Positions 43,332 to 57,207 of a DNA stretch of 64,000 nucleotides are shown piece by piece. The notes under the pieces are model-generated. The model was not told the DNA's origin and made no database searches. It saw only the letters and a list, made by a program, of their open reading frames with translations. The DNA lies in the NCBI GenBank assembly GCA_964016885.1, contig OZ024740.1, positions 380,494,001 to 380,558,000 of the forward strand, in the 5' to 3' direction. Made by a program: the position numbers and the translations under genes. Within the stretch, counting starts at the first letter, position 1, and every line of letters starts with the position of its first letter. This DNA comes from Eledone cirrhosa. Its lineage: Eukaryota.

Positions 43332-46300
43332 CTATGAGCGATCGTCTGTCATTTCCAGGAACTGTGCATAGACTTCCCTGGTGCAGTCTCCTTTAGTGTT
43401 GAACGAGAACTTGTAATAACTGCCATCAGCACATACAACTGAAAACATAGAAGTGAGAAGACAATTCAATAACTTTTATAGTAACATTATATATATTATA
43501 CATGTGGTGGATTGGCAGTATCGGTAGAGGCGTTGGACGCCATGCTTTGACGCATAGAGTTATGGCCCTTGCCATTCTGAGTTCAAATCCCACCGAAGTT
43601 AACTTTGCCTTTCATCCTTACGGGGTCGATAAAATAAAGTACCAGTAATGTACTGGGTAATTACTGGCCTTGTGCCAAAAGTAGAAACAATTATATATAT
43701 TATACATGTTATATAGTTATAATCTTTCATTTTTTAACTGGTTTTTAGTCATAATATTACTGCTTTAGCAGAGAATTATGTTTAGAGAGTTGTAATGTTG
43801 CCACCAGGTTTGGTAGAAAGATATGATAGGAATATCAACAACGACTTTAGCTTGGTTTTATTAACAGAGGTTGAGCTGGCATGCCAAGAGAAATAAAATA
43901 AATCAATTAAGATTACAAGAGAAAATACAGTCGACTGGCTGAGGCGTTTGGCCAGGTCCGTAGTAAAATTGTTGTGCCGTTACATATTGTTTGTGCTTTC
44001 GGAGCAAAAGAACAAGTGGTGTTTACCTTAGCATGGTCAAGCTGCAAGTCTGAGTTTCCTCAAATCTTCGCGGGCTATTTCTCTCTCAGAACGCGTAGGG
44101 ATACATCCTCTTCTCCTGGCGCTGATTGGCTGAGCCGAGCCAAATCACGCACAGAGAATGTATGTGAGCCCGCAGAATGTAGGTCTCTACACTTCCAAAG
44201 TAGATCTTTGCTTTTAAAAGGATTTTTGTCAATTACATCGCACTTAGTAAGATAGCTATTCAATAGAGACTGATAAATAGAGTGAGTGTACCTATTATGT
44301 TATGTCCATTTAGGGAAATATCTCCTCTTAGGAAAATAATGCCACAAGGAATTTACACCAGTATAATCAAAAACACATATATGATAGGTGCTCTACAGTT
44401 TCCATCTACTAAATTTTCATTCACAATTCAAGTCAACGATAAAAGGCACAGCATAGTGGGATTGAACCTAATCTAGATAGTTCTGAAGCAAGCTTCTCAA
44501 CCACATACAAACATCCACATATATATTCACTATGTAAGATAAGAAAATATATAGAAAGTGTGAGATACATTAATATATAAGTTTCACGAGAGTCTTCTCC
44601 AATTTAAAAAATAAATATTTTTAAAAAGCTTACCTATCACAGAATTATTGTCAGAGCCAAAGGCACAAATGCAATGTGTGGCACCTCCAGGGACTTGGAA
44701 TTTGGAAAAACTCCATTTCGAACTAAAATATTTGGGCAAGAAACTTGCTGACGCTAAGCTGGAATGAAATAAAAAGATGTTTAAATATTCGATAAAAAAA
44801 CAAACCTTGAGAAACTGCATAGTAACATACTGCTCAAATTCATACAGTATATTTTTATCTGCATGTGTAATGTAAGTGTGCATGAATGATGAATATAAGG
44901 GGTATCAAATGTTGTGAGCAAGACTGAAGATTACATTTGTATGAACACACAATGTATAAGGATGATGATCTTTGAGTGAAGAAGTACCAGCAGTTCCAAG
45001 AAGATGAAGACTGAAGAAAACCTGGGCAAAAGTGGTGAGAACTGATCTCAGACCACGAAACATCACAAAGGTTGTGACAAAGGAATGTGAGAAGTGGAGG
45101 AAAGTTATGCTAGAGATTTGTCCCACTAATGTAAGCATAGAAAGGTGTATGTAATGGTGATGATAATATAAAGATGTGTAACACTTTATATAAGTATGCC
45201 CAGAACTTAGAGCTATTTTATAAATGAAAAATATAATTTGGTATAAATAACAAATTGAATTCAATTTTCTGAGGAGTTTCAACTATGCACTTCCAACAGT
45301 TTAAGTAGAGCATCGATGGTATTCATCTCTCCGGTTTTGAAGGTTTATGAAAACTACAGTCACTGTCTCTTTATTCAGACCTACGTTCATGAAGTGCTTG
45401 TAAAAGCTACAGGCTTTGCTCCTTTCTCTAGACATACCAAGTATAAAAAAAATTTCTTCAGGTTTCCTTTAATTTTTCATATTTCAATTACTTAGTCTGA
45501 AGAGGGTGGTTCATACCCATGATCTTTTACAGAACCTGAGACTATGCTATTTCATAGAATCAAAAGTTCTGCCAAGAAAGTAGGATTATGCATCAATGAA
45601 ACAAAAAATAAATCCATAGAAGGAGAATTAAAGTCAGTTAATGGCAAAACATTACACAAGTAGACAATTTTCATCATCTAGGCTCTCTAGAGGAAGATAT
45701 TAAGAAGGATATGGAAACTAGAATTAATATGGAAAGGATAGCACGTAGAAATTAAGACAAATTATGGAATCTGATCTAAAATACACAAAAGTTAAATTCT
45801 TTAGGGCACTCATAAAAATATACTAGGAGTATATACCAGGCTAATCTGAGCAGCAAATAAGCATGCCATAGAAAGAATACTTAACCAACATACAACTATA
45901 TAGTAATATTCCCAAGATAACTGCAATGCTAACTGTACTCAAATCTAACTGTACTCAAGTTAAAATTCAGTGGACACACAGAAATATAAAGATAAATTAA
46001 ACAAAGTTTTAATATACAGAACCATCTAAGTAATGATAAGTTAAATATGAATAAGATTTTAAAATGTAATATCTGTTTTTAAATTTGTAAAAAAACAGTA
46101 AACCGAGAAATTCATTGTTTAAAACAGTTCCAACACAGTGACAGAGTAGATATTCTAAGATATTTCTTAAACTAGCAGATTTTTTAACAATGAAAATGAC
46201 AAGCCTATTGTTGAAAAAAGAAAAAGAAATATAGACCTAACATGCTACAGTTCTAATGTGAATATTTCGGATCTTTAAGCAATCAGTCTCAACTTTAAAA

Positions 46301-49300
46301 ATTACTCAGGTCTTTCAATATAATTCAGTTACTACATAGAAAAATTCCAAAATTATCTGGTCTTGAATTATACTGTAATATCAATCAGAGTAGAGCTGAA
46401 CAAATGGAAATTGTAGAAAAAAAAAAAACCAAATATATCATAAACCAAATATATCATATCAATTTTCTGTTTGATATTTTAAAATAAATATAAAGAACTA
46501 GAGCAAAGGAGATTTGTATATTTACAATTACAAGTTTATAAGCACTTAATATCATGTAATGACTAAGCAGAAAATATAAAAAAATGGGTTTGTTAATTGT
46601 GAAAATTTGCTGTAAACTAAAGTAAAAACTTTTGTATATAATGTGATGTAGTAATAATGCTGTTTTGTATTTTTCAAGTATGTTTTGCTTATGTGGGCTC
46701 AAGCAGGACGTTAAGAGTTAATAAGCAATTTACCTTGATTGTTTGTTCTTCTTTGCATCTTCACATGAAAAAATGTGTACAGTACCATGATCACTAGAAA
46801 CACATAGTAATGTTGAATCTTGATTAAAATTTAAACTGAAATAGAAAAAAAATTAATACCCATAAGAGAATATTCTGAAAAAAAATACCAGTCTCCTCAT
46901 TTTTTCATTGACTTTACATCAGGCTTTCAAGCTTATGCAAATTAACTGGGTTTGCATAAGAAAATATCTAGAGATCATTTTGATATTTACTAATTCTTCA
47001 GTGAGTTTGATATTTTATACGCATAACCAATTTACCATAAGAGTACTTTTTACCTTATCTTGCATTTTTAAGTAAAATATAAAACCAATTAAAGCATTGG
47101 TTTGCAGCTCTAAAATAAGACAGGTAATTAGCTTCATTGCACCTACATAGAAAATGCACGTGATTCCCAATAATTTTGCAAACATTAACTTTAAGAGCAA
47201 TGCAACATTCCATCAAAAAACAAAAACAAATGGGATAGATATAAAACGATATTTGAATAAATAAATAGGTGAAAACAAAATGAAGATAGATAAAATAATG
47301 TTTGTGACATAACACTAACCAGTATATATGAGCACTGTTGGCTCCACGTCGCAGTTCATGCAACAGTGTGCAGTCTGATGTATCAAAAACTCGAATTAAA
47401 GTTCCCTACAACAAAGAAGTAGTGCATCTTGATAAGAAATAGATTCAGTACACAAATATATATACACATACAGTATATATATATATTAATTGAAAAATTT
47501 TAAAGTGATGAGTGTATATTCATTTTTTTTTTTTTTTTTTTTTTTTTTTCATTTTACGTCCACTTTTCCCTGCTTGCAAGGGTGGGACAGGAACTGATTC
47601 TGGCTTGATTTCTACAGCTGGATGCTCTTCCTAACACCAACCTCATTTACAGTGAGTGCTGGGTGCTTTTTTTCGTGGCACTTACACGTCCACTTTACAG
47701 TGGAATGATAGGGACCCTAGTCCCTATCATCTCATTTCTACAGCTGAGTAAACTGGAGCAATGTGAAATAAAGTGTCTTGCTCAAGGAAACAACACATCA
47801 CCCAGTCTGAGAATTGAACTCACAACCTTTCGATTGCAAGGCCAATGCTCTAACCACTAAGCCGTGTGCGTGTGCGCGTGTGTGAATATTTATATATATA
47901 TATATATAATAATGGTGAAATTATTGTGTATAGTGGTCAGGTGCACTACAATTCATCAAAGGTGCATGTATAGTACATACAATAATGTAAAAACATCAGG
48001 AAAGTGAACAGTGTATGACTCATGATATACGTGCATGCATGTGTATGGAGGGGGGATATATAATTAATCAGAAATCTAAACTCTTTCGTTAAATTTTTAA
48101 TGAATGACAGTGCTTATGATTTTCAATTCATTTGGAAAATAATCAAGAACTTCCTTATTATTAAGTTGATGCTTGAAACATCACAGAAGATTTTACATAA
48201 AACTATGATGGAAGGCTTTTAGATAAATATAAATACTTTAAAAACAATTTTGTATCATAGAAACAGAAGCAGTTTCATATGGGTTAGTATCAAAAAGGTT
48301 AAAACGCAAAGAGATTAATGGGATTTCTAACCTAGAAAGTCAGTTTCAGACCCCGTTTCATCAGGTGTTAAAGGGTGTCCTTCAACAAGATATATTATGT
48401 TGCTTTAGTCAATATATACTACCCTTATTTTCATAGTTGCATGTTTTTATCTCGCATCATTCAAAGGAGTGAAACTACTAGTGATGCAGGCAAACTAAAA
48501 CAAGCAAATATAGGTGCATTGCTATGATGAACAACACTATGTCTATAAGAGTGTGTGATGTTATTAGTCTGATCTCACAAACATTGACCCTCTCAAAAAC
48601 ATATCAATTAATGAACATCCCACTAACCACAATAACAAAGGATATATTCAAGTGCTGAATCTAGCTCTCAGAAACCAATAAGTTACTGTATCTTAAAACA
48701 AGGGACAGTACTCTAGATTCATGCCTGAAATATATTCATCATCTCCTTCATTGATTTCAGACTGTTACTCCACCAAGTCCAACTATAAGATAATTATAAC
48801 AGCTTAAGCAAAAATCTAAATTTGCGAAATAAAAAAAAATAAAAACAACATACTAAGAAGGGAAACAGAAGTTAAAAAAAAAAAGCTGTGCCAATGGTCT
48901 TTGCAGGCCTTTTGGGCTCTTTTCATTACATAGTGAGATTGAGGAAATGCGATATGAAGCAGTCTGATAATCTAGAAATGTTTATTTCGAAGTTGTTAGT
49001 AGCATGAGTGATGCAAGATGGCTAAAATATGGAATCAAAACTTAGTGACTTGTGCCTAACACTATTATAGTGACTTGTGCAAAACACTATTATACATTGA
49101 TATGTCAGCTGTTTACAGCTAGGTAATCTGTGCAATTAAATGTGCAGCACAATCATTTAACGTGTCTTCCTTACTAGTGTGAATTGGACAAATCTTCACA
49201 GACCAAATCAGTACTCCAATAAAACAACTGACCTCTCAATGAAAATATCTGTCAGAGCACCAAAGTGAGACAGGAAAGATCAACTGATGAGACTGAAAAC

Positions 49301-52300
49301 TGAAACCATACATTTATCATGAGGTTACCACATTACCAACTACACTGCAGATTAAAATGTTCACCATTAAAATGTTCACCAACAGTCTGAGTCTCTGTAT
49401 ATATTGAGTGCTTACAAGAGCAAGATACCTCAGTTTTATAAAAATGAATAAACAGAAAGTTGTAATTGTAAGGCTTTATCACAGGGTTATTAAGTACCTA
49501 AATAAAACGAGATGGGTTTTCACTGGGAATCAAAACTGTAACAATGTTGTTTTCTCAAAGCTTTCTTTTACCATCAGACATGACATATAAAATGGAGAAA
49601 ATAGTTAATAAAAATTCTAAAATATATATATATATATATTTTAGAATTTTTCTCCTCCATCTATTCCATGCTCAATTTTCGTACATAGTCAGACATGACA
49701 TATAAAATGGAGAAAATAGTTAATAAAAATTCTAAAATATATATATATATATATTTTAGAATTTTTCTCCTCCATCTATTCCACGCTCAATTTTCGTACA
49801 TAGTCCAAACATCCAATCTCGCAAAATCCGAAATCTGTATCTTTTGTTATCCATTTAAGGTTTAAATACGGTGTTTTTGTCGTATTGAACAGAACAAATC
49901 TTGCAGTTTTGCTTTTTGTTAAATCGCTTGTTAAACATTCATAACCTTCCAGCTAGCTACCCCACACCCCTCCCACCCGCCCCCACACACCACCATACTT
50001 AATACGTGGACCAATCATAAGCCAGAGGCCCCCCCCCCCCCACGCATCACCATTATTATTATAAGCCAGAGCCAAATATCTGACAGTGACTATATAATTA
50101 TTGCAGGCGACCTAAATGGTCACGTTGGACAACATTGTGACGGCTACGACGAAATCCATGGAGGCTATGGGTTTGGTACTAGAAATGAGGGAGGCTCCAG
50201 AATCCTGGAATTCTGTGATGCAAATAACCTAACTATCTGTAACACTAACTTCAAAAAACGTGACAATCACCTGATCACCTATAGATCAGGGGAACACACA
50301 AGCCAGGTAGATTATATCCTTACCAGAAGACGTGACAGAGTGTCTGTTGTAAACACTAAATCCCTCCCCCATGAAGAATGCACCTCCCAACATAGACTGA
50401 TAATTAGCGACCTCATAGTCAGGACGAGACGTACTCGACAGCAGAAGAGGACTATCCTCAGGAGGAAAATATGGAAACTAAAGGACCCCACAGCCAGAAA
50501 TAAATTTCAAAGCATATTACTTGATGCTTTCGACAGTAAGGAAGAGCATCTAGAATCGGACAATATAGAGGGACAGTGGGAATTTCTGAAAGCAAACCTG
50601 CTGTTGGCGACAGACGAAGTCTGTGGCTGGAGCAGGCCTGTAGGCAGGAGGAGAGTAACTTGGTGGTGGAACAGTAGGGTGGAGGGGTCAATTAAGGCCA
50701 AAAAGCAGGCTTGGAAAGTATGGCGGGATGGGGGAAGTAGAGTAGACTATCAAGTGGCCAGGAGGGAAGCTAGGAGAGAAGTGTACTTAGCAAGAAGGGA
50801 AGCTGAGGAAAGAAAGTTCAAGCACGTTCTACAACGCGATGACCAAAAACGTGAGGTGTTCAGGATTGCCAGGCAATGCGTCAAGGAAAACCGTGATATT
50901 GTCGGGGAGAAGTGTGTACTTAACGATGATGGCATACTTGCCATCACCGACACTGATAAGAAGGTAGCTTGGAAGTGTCACTATGAAAGGCTACTAAATG
51001 AGGAGAATAAATGGGAGAAAGACAGTCTCCCCCATATCGACCCGATAGAGGGACCAGCAGTGTTAGTCGAGGGGAGTATAATAAGTAAGGCAATCAAGGA
51101 TATGAAGACGGGTAAGGCGGCTGGGCCTTCGGAAATAGTTGCTGAGATGCTGAAGGCATCTGGCACGGTGGGACACACCATGGTCACCCGCATAGTTAAC
51201 CAAGTCGTACAGAATGGGGTTGTTCCGAAGGACTGGCATAGCAGCATCATCGTTAACTGTTATAAGGGTAAAGGAGACGCCCTAGATAGGAGTAACTATA
51301 GAGGCATTAAATTAATCGACCAGGTCATGAAGGTCACGGAAAAAGTAATAGCGCAACTAATCAGAGAGAGAATTGACCTAGATGAAATGCAGTTCGGGTT
51401 TGTGTCAGGCAAAAGCACCACAGACGCCCTTTTCATAGTACGACAACTACAGGAGAAGTACCTAGCTAAAGGTAGACCCCTCTACTTAGCTTTTGTCGAC
51501 CTGGAGAAAGCCTTCGACAGAGTCCCCCGCTCCATTATCTGGTGGGCTCTTAGAAAACTAGGCGTTGACGAATGGCTTGTGAGGGCTATACAAGCCATGT
51601 ATAAAGAAACAGTCAGCAAGGTTAGAATTAACAACGAATATAGTGAAGAGTTTAGCGTAAAAGTTGGCGTCCATCAGGGCTCTGTTCCCAGCCCCCTACT
51701 ATTTATTATTGCCCTTCAGGCTATAACAGAGGAGTTCAAGACAGGCTGCCCATGGGAACTCCTATACGCAGACGACCTGACACTCATAGCGGAATCAATG
51801 GCCGAGCTAGAGAAGAAATTCCAAACATGGAAGCACGGCCTAGAGTCAAAAGGACTTAAAATTAACCTGGCTAAGACCAAAGTTCTAGTTTGTAGGAAAG
51901 AAAACAAGGCGGCGGTCCCTTCTGGGAAATGGTCGTGCTCGGTGTGTAGGAAAGGCGTAGGTAGAAACTCCATTTTATGTCCTAAATGCAAAGTATAGGT
52001 GCATAAAAGATGTAGTGGGATCACAGGTAAGCTAACTAAGAACATAGATTTTACATGTGGCCGGTGTTCTGGTGCAATAAGTAGCAGCAAGTGCCCACAA
52101 AATACTAGCTCTTTCAATTGCGCAGAGGGTTCTATAGAAATAGTGGACAGCTTCCGTTACCTGGGCGATAAAATCAGCAGTGGGGGAGGGTGCTCTGAAA
52201 GTACTGTAGCTAGAGTCAGAACTGGTTGGAAAAAGTTCAGAGAGCTTATACCACTATTAGCTGCTAAAAGGTTCTCCCTAAAAATGAAAGGCAGGTTGTA

Positions 52301-55300
52301 CGATGCCTGCATACGAACAGCAATGTTGCATGGTAGTGAGACCTGGGCATTGTGTGCAGAGGATATACGCAGACTAGAGAGGAACGAAGCTTGCATGCTC
52401 CGCTGGATGTGTAACAGTAATATACGTGAACGGCAAAGCATAAACGAACTAAGGAAAAAATTAGAGATAAGAGGGATCAGATGTTGTTTACTCGAGAGAA
52501 GGCTGCGTTGGTATGGACACGTGATGCGCATGAAAGTCGATAGCTGTATAACAAAGTGCAGGGCAATAAAGATAGACGGTAGCCACGGAATAGGCAGACC
52601 TAGAAAAACATGGGATGAGCTGATAAACTCCGACCTCACACACTTACACCTCTCCAAGACAATGTCACTGGACCGAGACCTTTGGCGGTACTCAGTAACA
52701 GAGAAGACCCGCCTTGCCAGTAGGCATCTCTAACAAAATACACCCCGTCCCGCCACCACCCCCACCCCATCCACACCACCCCGTTCTATGTAAAGTTATG
52801 TTGGTGCCGCGCCATCCAGGCCGAAACAAATGAGATCGTGTAGGTGTCACGACAAAAAAACACACAGTCCACGCTGTAATGTGGCCGTGTAGGCAACACG
52901 GTAAAAACCTCCCAGACCCACACTGTAAATGTGGTTGGTGTTAGGAAGGGCATCCAACTGTAGAAAACCTGCCAGACAGTCCTATGCGAGCAAGACAATC
53001 ACTCTTGCCTCAAGTGGGACTACCCCCGTCCAAACCCATGCAAGCGTGGAACACGGACGTTAAACGTTGATGATGATGATGATGATGATATATATCTTTT
53101 AAAAAGAAAATAATATAGTGAAACATAATATATTCATGACTTACTTTCTCTGATGCTGTTCCTAGGCGGGTACCTTGTAAATTTAATGCAATGCAACTGA
53201 GAGCTGCTTCATGTGCTGGAATATCTAATGGAGTTTTCTCAGTATTAGCAAGATCCACCAACTGGACATGCCCAGTCTTACGCCCAGGAAATGCTAACAA
53301 TGAATTGTTGCTGTTTGGACACATGACACACAATCCTGTAAATATAAAATTAGTTTAAAAACTCAAGATACAGAATGTTATCAAGAACTTTAGAAATACA
53401 TGTAATTTTTTAAAATGTTGTCCAACTCATGCCAGCATGAAGAAGCAAATGTAAAATCAATGGCGATGATGGTGATTATGATAACATGTATGGTGACTAA
53501 CCAACTATACAAATGATATTTTTATTACTATTTTGCCACAATTGAGAAGAATGATAATCGAAGCAAGAATAGATTATTCTTTGAAGGAAAAATGTAATGA
53601 TTTAAAAATATATAAGCACTTTACCTTTAGGGTTGGAACAGGTTTCAAATACATGTAGTTGCTGAGGGTTCTGGGTAAAAGTGTAGACTTTGATAAGGGA
53701 ATCGAGAACAACAACAATTCTGAAAAAATAAAAATAATTGTATAAAGATTACAAATTATTCTAACTTTTCCAGAAAATCAGAAAAAACCCCAGAAAAATA
53801 AGAAAAAAAAAAGAATTTCTGGTCTCTAAATTAGACATTATTTTAGGAAGACTAAAACAGGATTCAAATGTTCTTTTAATTTAATTGATTAAACATAGGA
53901 AGCTAGAGACACAATGAGACTTCTATAAAAAATTGTTACATAGAAAGATCCAAGGTAACTCACAATATTATACACACTTAACAGCTGTACTTTAGCCACC
54001 AGCAGCTGCAGTTAACAAGCTATGAATCCTTTTTCTGTATTACAGAAAATAAAATGACCATCATTTAGGTGCCATACAGTCTGGTTGAGGGAATGTGATA
54101 ATAATTGTTTCTATTTTTGGCACAAGGCCAGCAATTACCCAGTAAATTACTGGTACTTTATTTTATCGACCCCCATAAGGATGAAAGGCAAAGTTAAACT
54201 CAACGGAATTTGCACTCAAACTGTAAAGGGACGTAACTATGCTAGAAAGCATGGCGCCCGACCCTCTACCACAACTTGACACATTTCTCATTATCCTCAT
54301 TACCACTCATATCAGCACTGTCAACAATTTACAAGTGAATTAGTTAATTTATCACTGGATATTTGATTAATAAGCAATATAATACTTTCAATAAATTCAT
54401 ATCAACAGAAATAATTTTTAAAGTTTCAGAAAGAAATATCTTTGTTGTATGAATTCTAGAATTTTCAGAAAGTCTTTTACACATCAATGTTATTCCTGAA
54501 GCTATTTACTATTCACATTATTAAGTGCTATAAACTGCATTAATTTGCTTGGTTATTAATCTACTCATGAAAAATGATAAGTAACATACATAATACAAAA
54601 AATACTGGATAAAGGTTAAACCTTTACATGAACACTTAATGTATTGGAAACAGCAGTCAAATCTTTTTAGAATCATACCCTACCATCCTTAGAAAGTATG
54701 TTCTCATTGGATAAAGGTTCAAGATAAATTATGTTTGAATAGAAGATGGAATAGTTATGGCTGGAATACCTTTGAACATAAGTCTACTTAATCAGAGCTA
54801 AAAAGCCACAACAACAAAAATATAATCCTAGATGTAAGATGTGTTCCTTTTTGAAAGCTAATAGTCCAAATGAATAAAACTGACTCAAGTACAAAGAAAG
54901 TAGATAGTAAATAGTCAGCAAAAATTAAGTATGTGGGCCGAAGATGACTATAAAAACAGGAATTAAACTGTAGAAAAGACATTGCACAATTTCACAATCC
55001 AGTAAGAGAATCATAATTATATAATTGGAACAGCCAAAAGGAGGTGATACCAGTAGATAAATAAATACTGATAAGGGAAAGAATAAAAACTAGCAAAGAA
55101 TGATAATTTTATAAATTAGCTCAAATTTTGCTTCCTTGAGTGGACGAGTGTCTCAGTCTTCAGAGCACTGATTTTCATTCCAACCATGCAGCACTTGCCA
55201 TCAAACTTATTAAAGGCTTGTTAAAGATCACCTTCTGATAAGTGGTACCATGTCATCTGCAAATTCCAGCCGACATATTCTACACTTGCCAGTCATGATA

Positions 55301-57207
55301 CCATTTCAAACCCGGCTGTGCATGTCAATCCTGTTCATGAAGATTATAAACAGGATAGATGACAGTACACACTCTTGGCAGAGTCCAACTCCCACATTGA
55401 ATGGTTTCGATTTAGCACAATTTATCCAATCACAAATGTATAGAGACATCAGGGCAACAAAAAGTTGTCCATTGATCCTTGCAGAACCTTCCACAGCAGG
55501 TCCCGTGGAATGCAGTTGTATGCCTTTTCGGGGGTCTACAAAGCAATTATACACCAATTGGTTGTACTCACACTATTTCTCAAAGACCTGTCACAGTGTG
55601 AATATTTAGTCAGCTGTGCTGCATCTGGGGTGAAAACCTTGTTCATCAGTTAGCTTATACTTGACAATCTTCCTATATCTCTTTGACAGACACTTAGAAT
55701 AAACTTTATCAGGAAGGCTTAACAAGATTCCTCTATAATTGGAGCAATCTCTCGTCTCCCTTTTTGAAAATTGAGATTATCATTCCCAATTGTCATTGAT
55801 TAGATGCCTTTCCAGAGATAGCCAGAGAATACCTTCTCTATTTAAAGCTTTTAACATGAGCTCTTTAATTGCTCTTGTGACCTCAGCCACCAAGATGTTA
55901 GTTAGTGCTCCCATATGCACCTCATGTATATCAGAAGATGCTGTTGTGACCAGATTTAGGAGATCAGTAAAGTATTTTTTCCACATTGTGAGGATGCACC
56001 TCTCTGAAGAGAGGAGAAACCCAGGTGTGTTCCTGATAGCAGGTGTGAAGGAGGACTTCTGGATGGTCTGCCAGAACACCTTATTTGCTGATGAAGAAAC
56101 AAGTATCTTGGAGCTATGTTCACAAGTGATGGAAGGCAGGAGGGTGAATTGAGTGCAAGAATTTCAGGAACCAGTACAGTAATGCGCCAGCTTCAGCATT
56201 TAATAATCAGGAGATGGGTGGTAGGTGCAAAAGTCATGAGTTTTGACTGAAAGAATATCATCGCAAATACAAAGAGCCAAAATGAGGTTCCCCCAAAACA
56301 TTTTTAGAGTAACGTTACTCAATAGAGTGCATTGCTCAGAGAGGTGTTCCAGGTAGAGCCACTACTTCTCCAAATTGAGAGATGGCACCTCTGATACTAC
56401 ACGCATATGGTTAGAATGTCTTAAGAAAAAGTTGCTGGACAAGAGACCCAGGGGTAGACCCTGAGCAAGATAGATAACTATCAGGTGGACTCATTTGTTT
56501 GAGGATTCTGGCAACACGCCCCTCCCAAAAAGAAAAAGGTGGAAGAGGAACTAATAATCATGATAAAAAAGCTATGATGAATTAATGATTTAATTAACAT
56601 CAAAATAAATTTGTAACAGGATGGTTTGTTAATACAGAGAGAGCAATTGTTTAGTTCTTCAAGACTATATTAGCAATATAAAAAAAACCCAGTGTGTTCT
56701 TTAATTTAGAAAAAAGAAAGGAAAGCAGCTGATTGTAAGATCGGACCAAAGAAACAATGTTTCCATTGGTCTTTCTATAGCTGACACTATCTGCTGGTGG
56801 CACCTCCTGGCAGGAGGAGGTGGATTTTGAACTCAGAATGTACAGAGCTAAATCAGATACAGCAAAAGTATCATGTCCGACTTTTCACCAATTCCGCCAA
56901 TTCACCACCTCTAGACTGGTACTTTATTTTATCAACCTTGAAAGGTTAAAAGACAAAGTTGACCTCGGTGAGAGTTGTACTTAGTGCGGTGCTGGAAGAA
57001 ATATTGAGACATTCAATCCAATGCCCCAATGACACTGCCAATTCACTGCCTATCCATAATCTAAACATCAACAAAAGATGTATAAAAAGATATGATAGAA
57101 ATACAAAATATATACGAACCGATCTCTCCGTAGTCTGACACTCCGAACTTCAGCAGAAAATTCAAGTTCTATAACATGTTTTTTTTTCAGATCATCCCAT
57201 ACCATAA
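43332..57207 (-). CDS. WDR45B: WD repeat domain phosphoinositide-interacting protein 3 (WIPI3), last seven coding exons: 57120-57207, 53625-53719, 53145-53335, 47320-47405, 46734-46835, 44634-44758, 43332-43438
   Basis: GT-AG exons splice in frame: MVWDDLKKK...RLRRDRIVVVLD...[21 protein letters not shown]...[14 protein letters not shown]...ELRRG...[10 protein letters not shown]...[11 protein letters not shown]...CADGSYYKF...[10 protein letters not shown]. The LRRG phosphoinositide-binding motif is present. 5' exons were not found in the window. Confidence 0.95.
43505..43695 (+). mobile_element. SINE, same family as 33610-33800
   Basis: Shared head, B-box and central domain. Confidence 0.78.
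47548..47868 (-). mobile_element. tRNA-head SINE with RTE-like tail
   Basis: Reverse complement of 42293-42620. Confidence 0.85.
49574..49805. repeat. 115-bp tandem duplication
   Basis: Two nearly identical units, each containing a (TA)-centred palindrome. Confidence 0.9.
50060..53090 (+). mobile_element. RTE-clade LINE (partial APE endonuclease, RT, PHD-like finger), antisense in a WDR45B intron
   Basis: GDLNGHVG...VDYIL endonuclease motifs; [18 protein letters not shown] and YADD RT motifs; one TGG-to-TAG stop at 51996-51998; (GAT)n tail. Confidence 0.95.
55090..56500. mobile_element. Old RTE-like LINE remnants: RT on - (55090-56090), C-terminus on + (56270-56500)
   Basis: [20 protein letters not shown] and FADD on -; EPLLLQIER...RPRGRP on +. 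Confidence 0.7.

Noticed and set aside
50458-52657. Minus-strand ORFs over the RTE (and the 80-aa antisense ORFs over the PLE)
   Set aside because: Antisense shadows of the retroelement coding frames.
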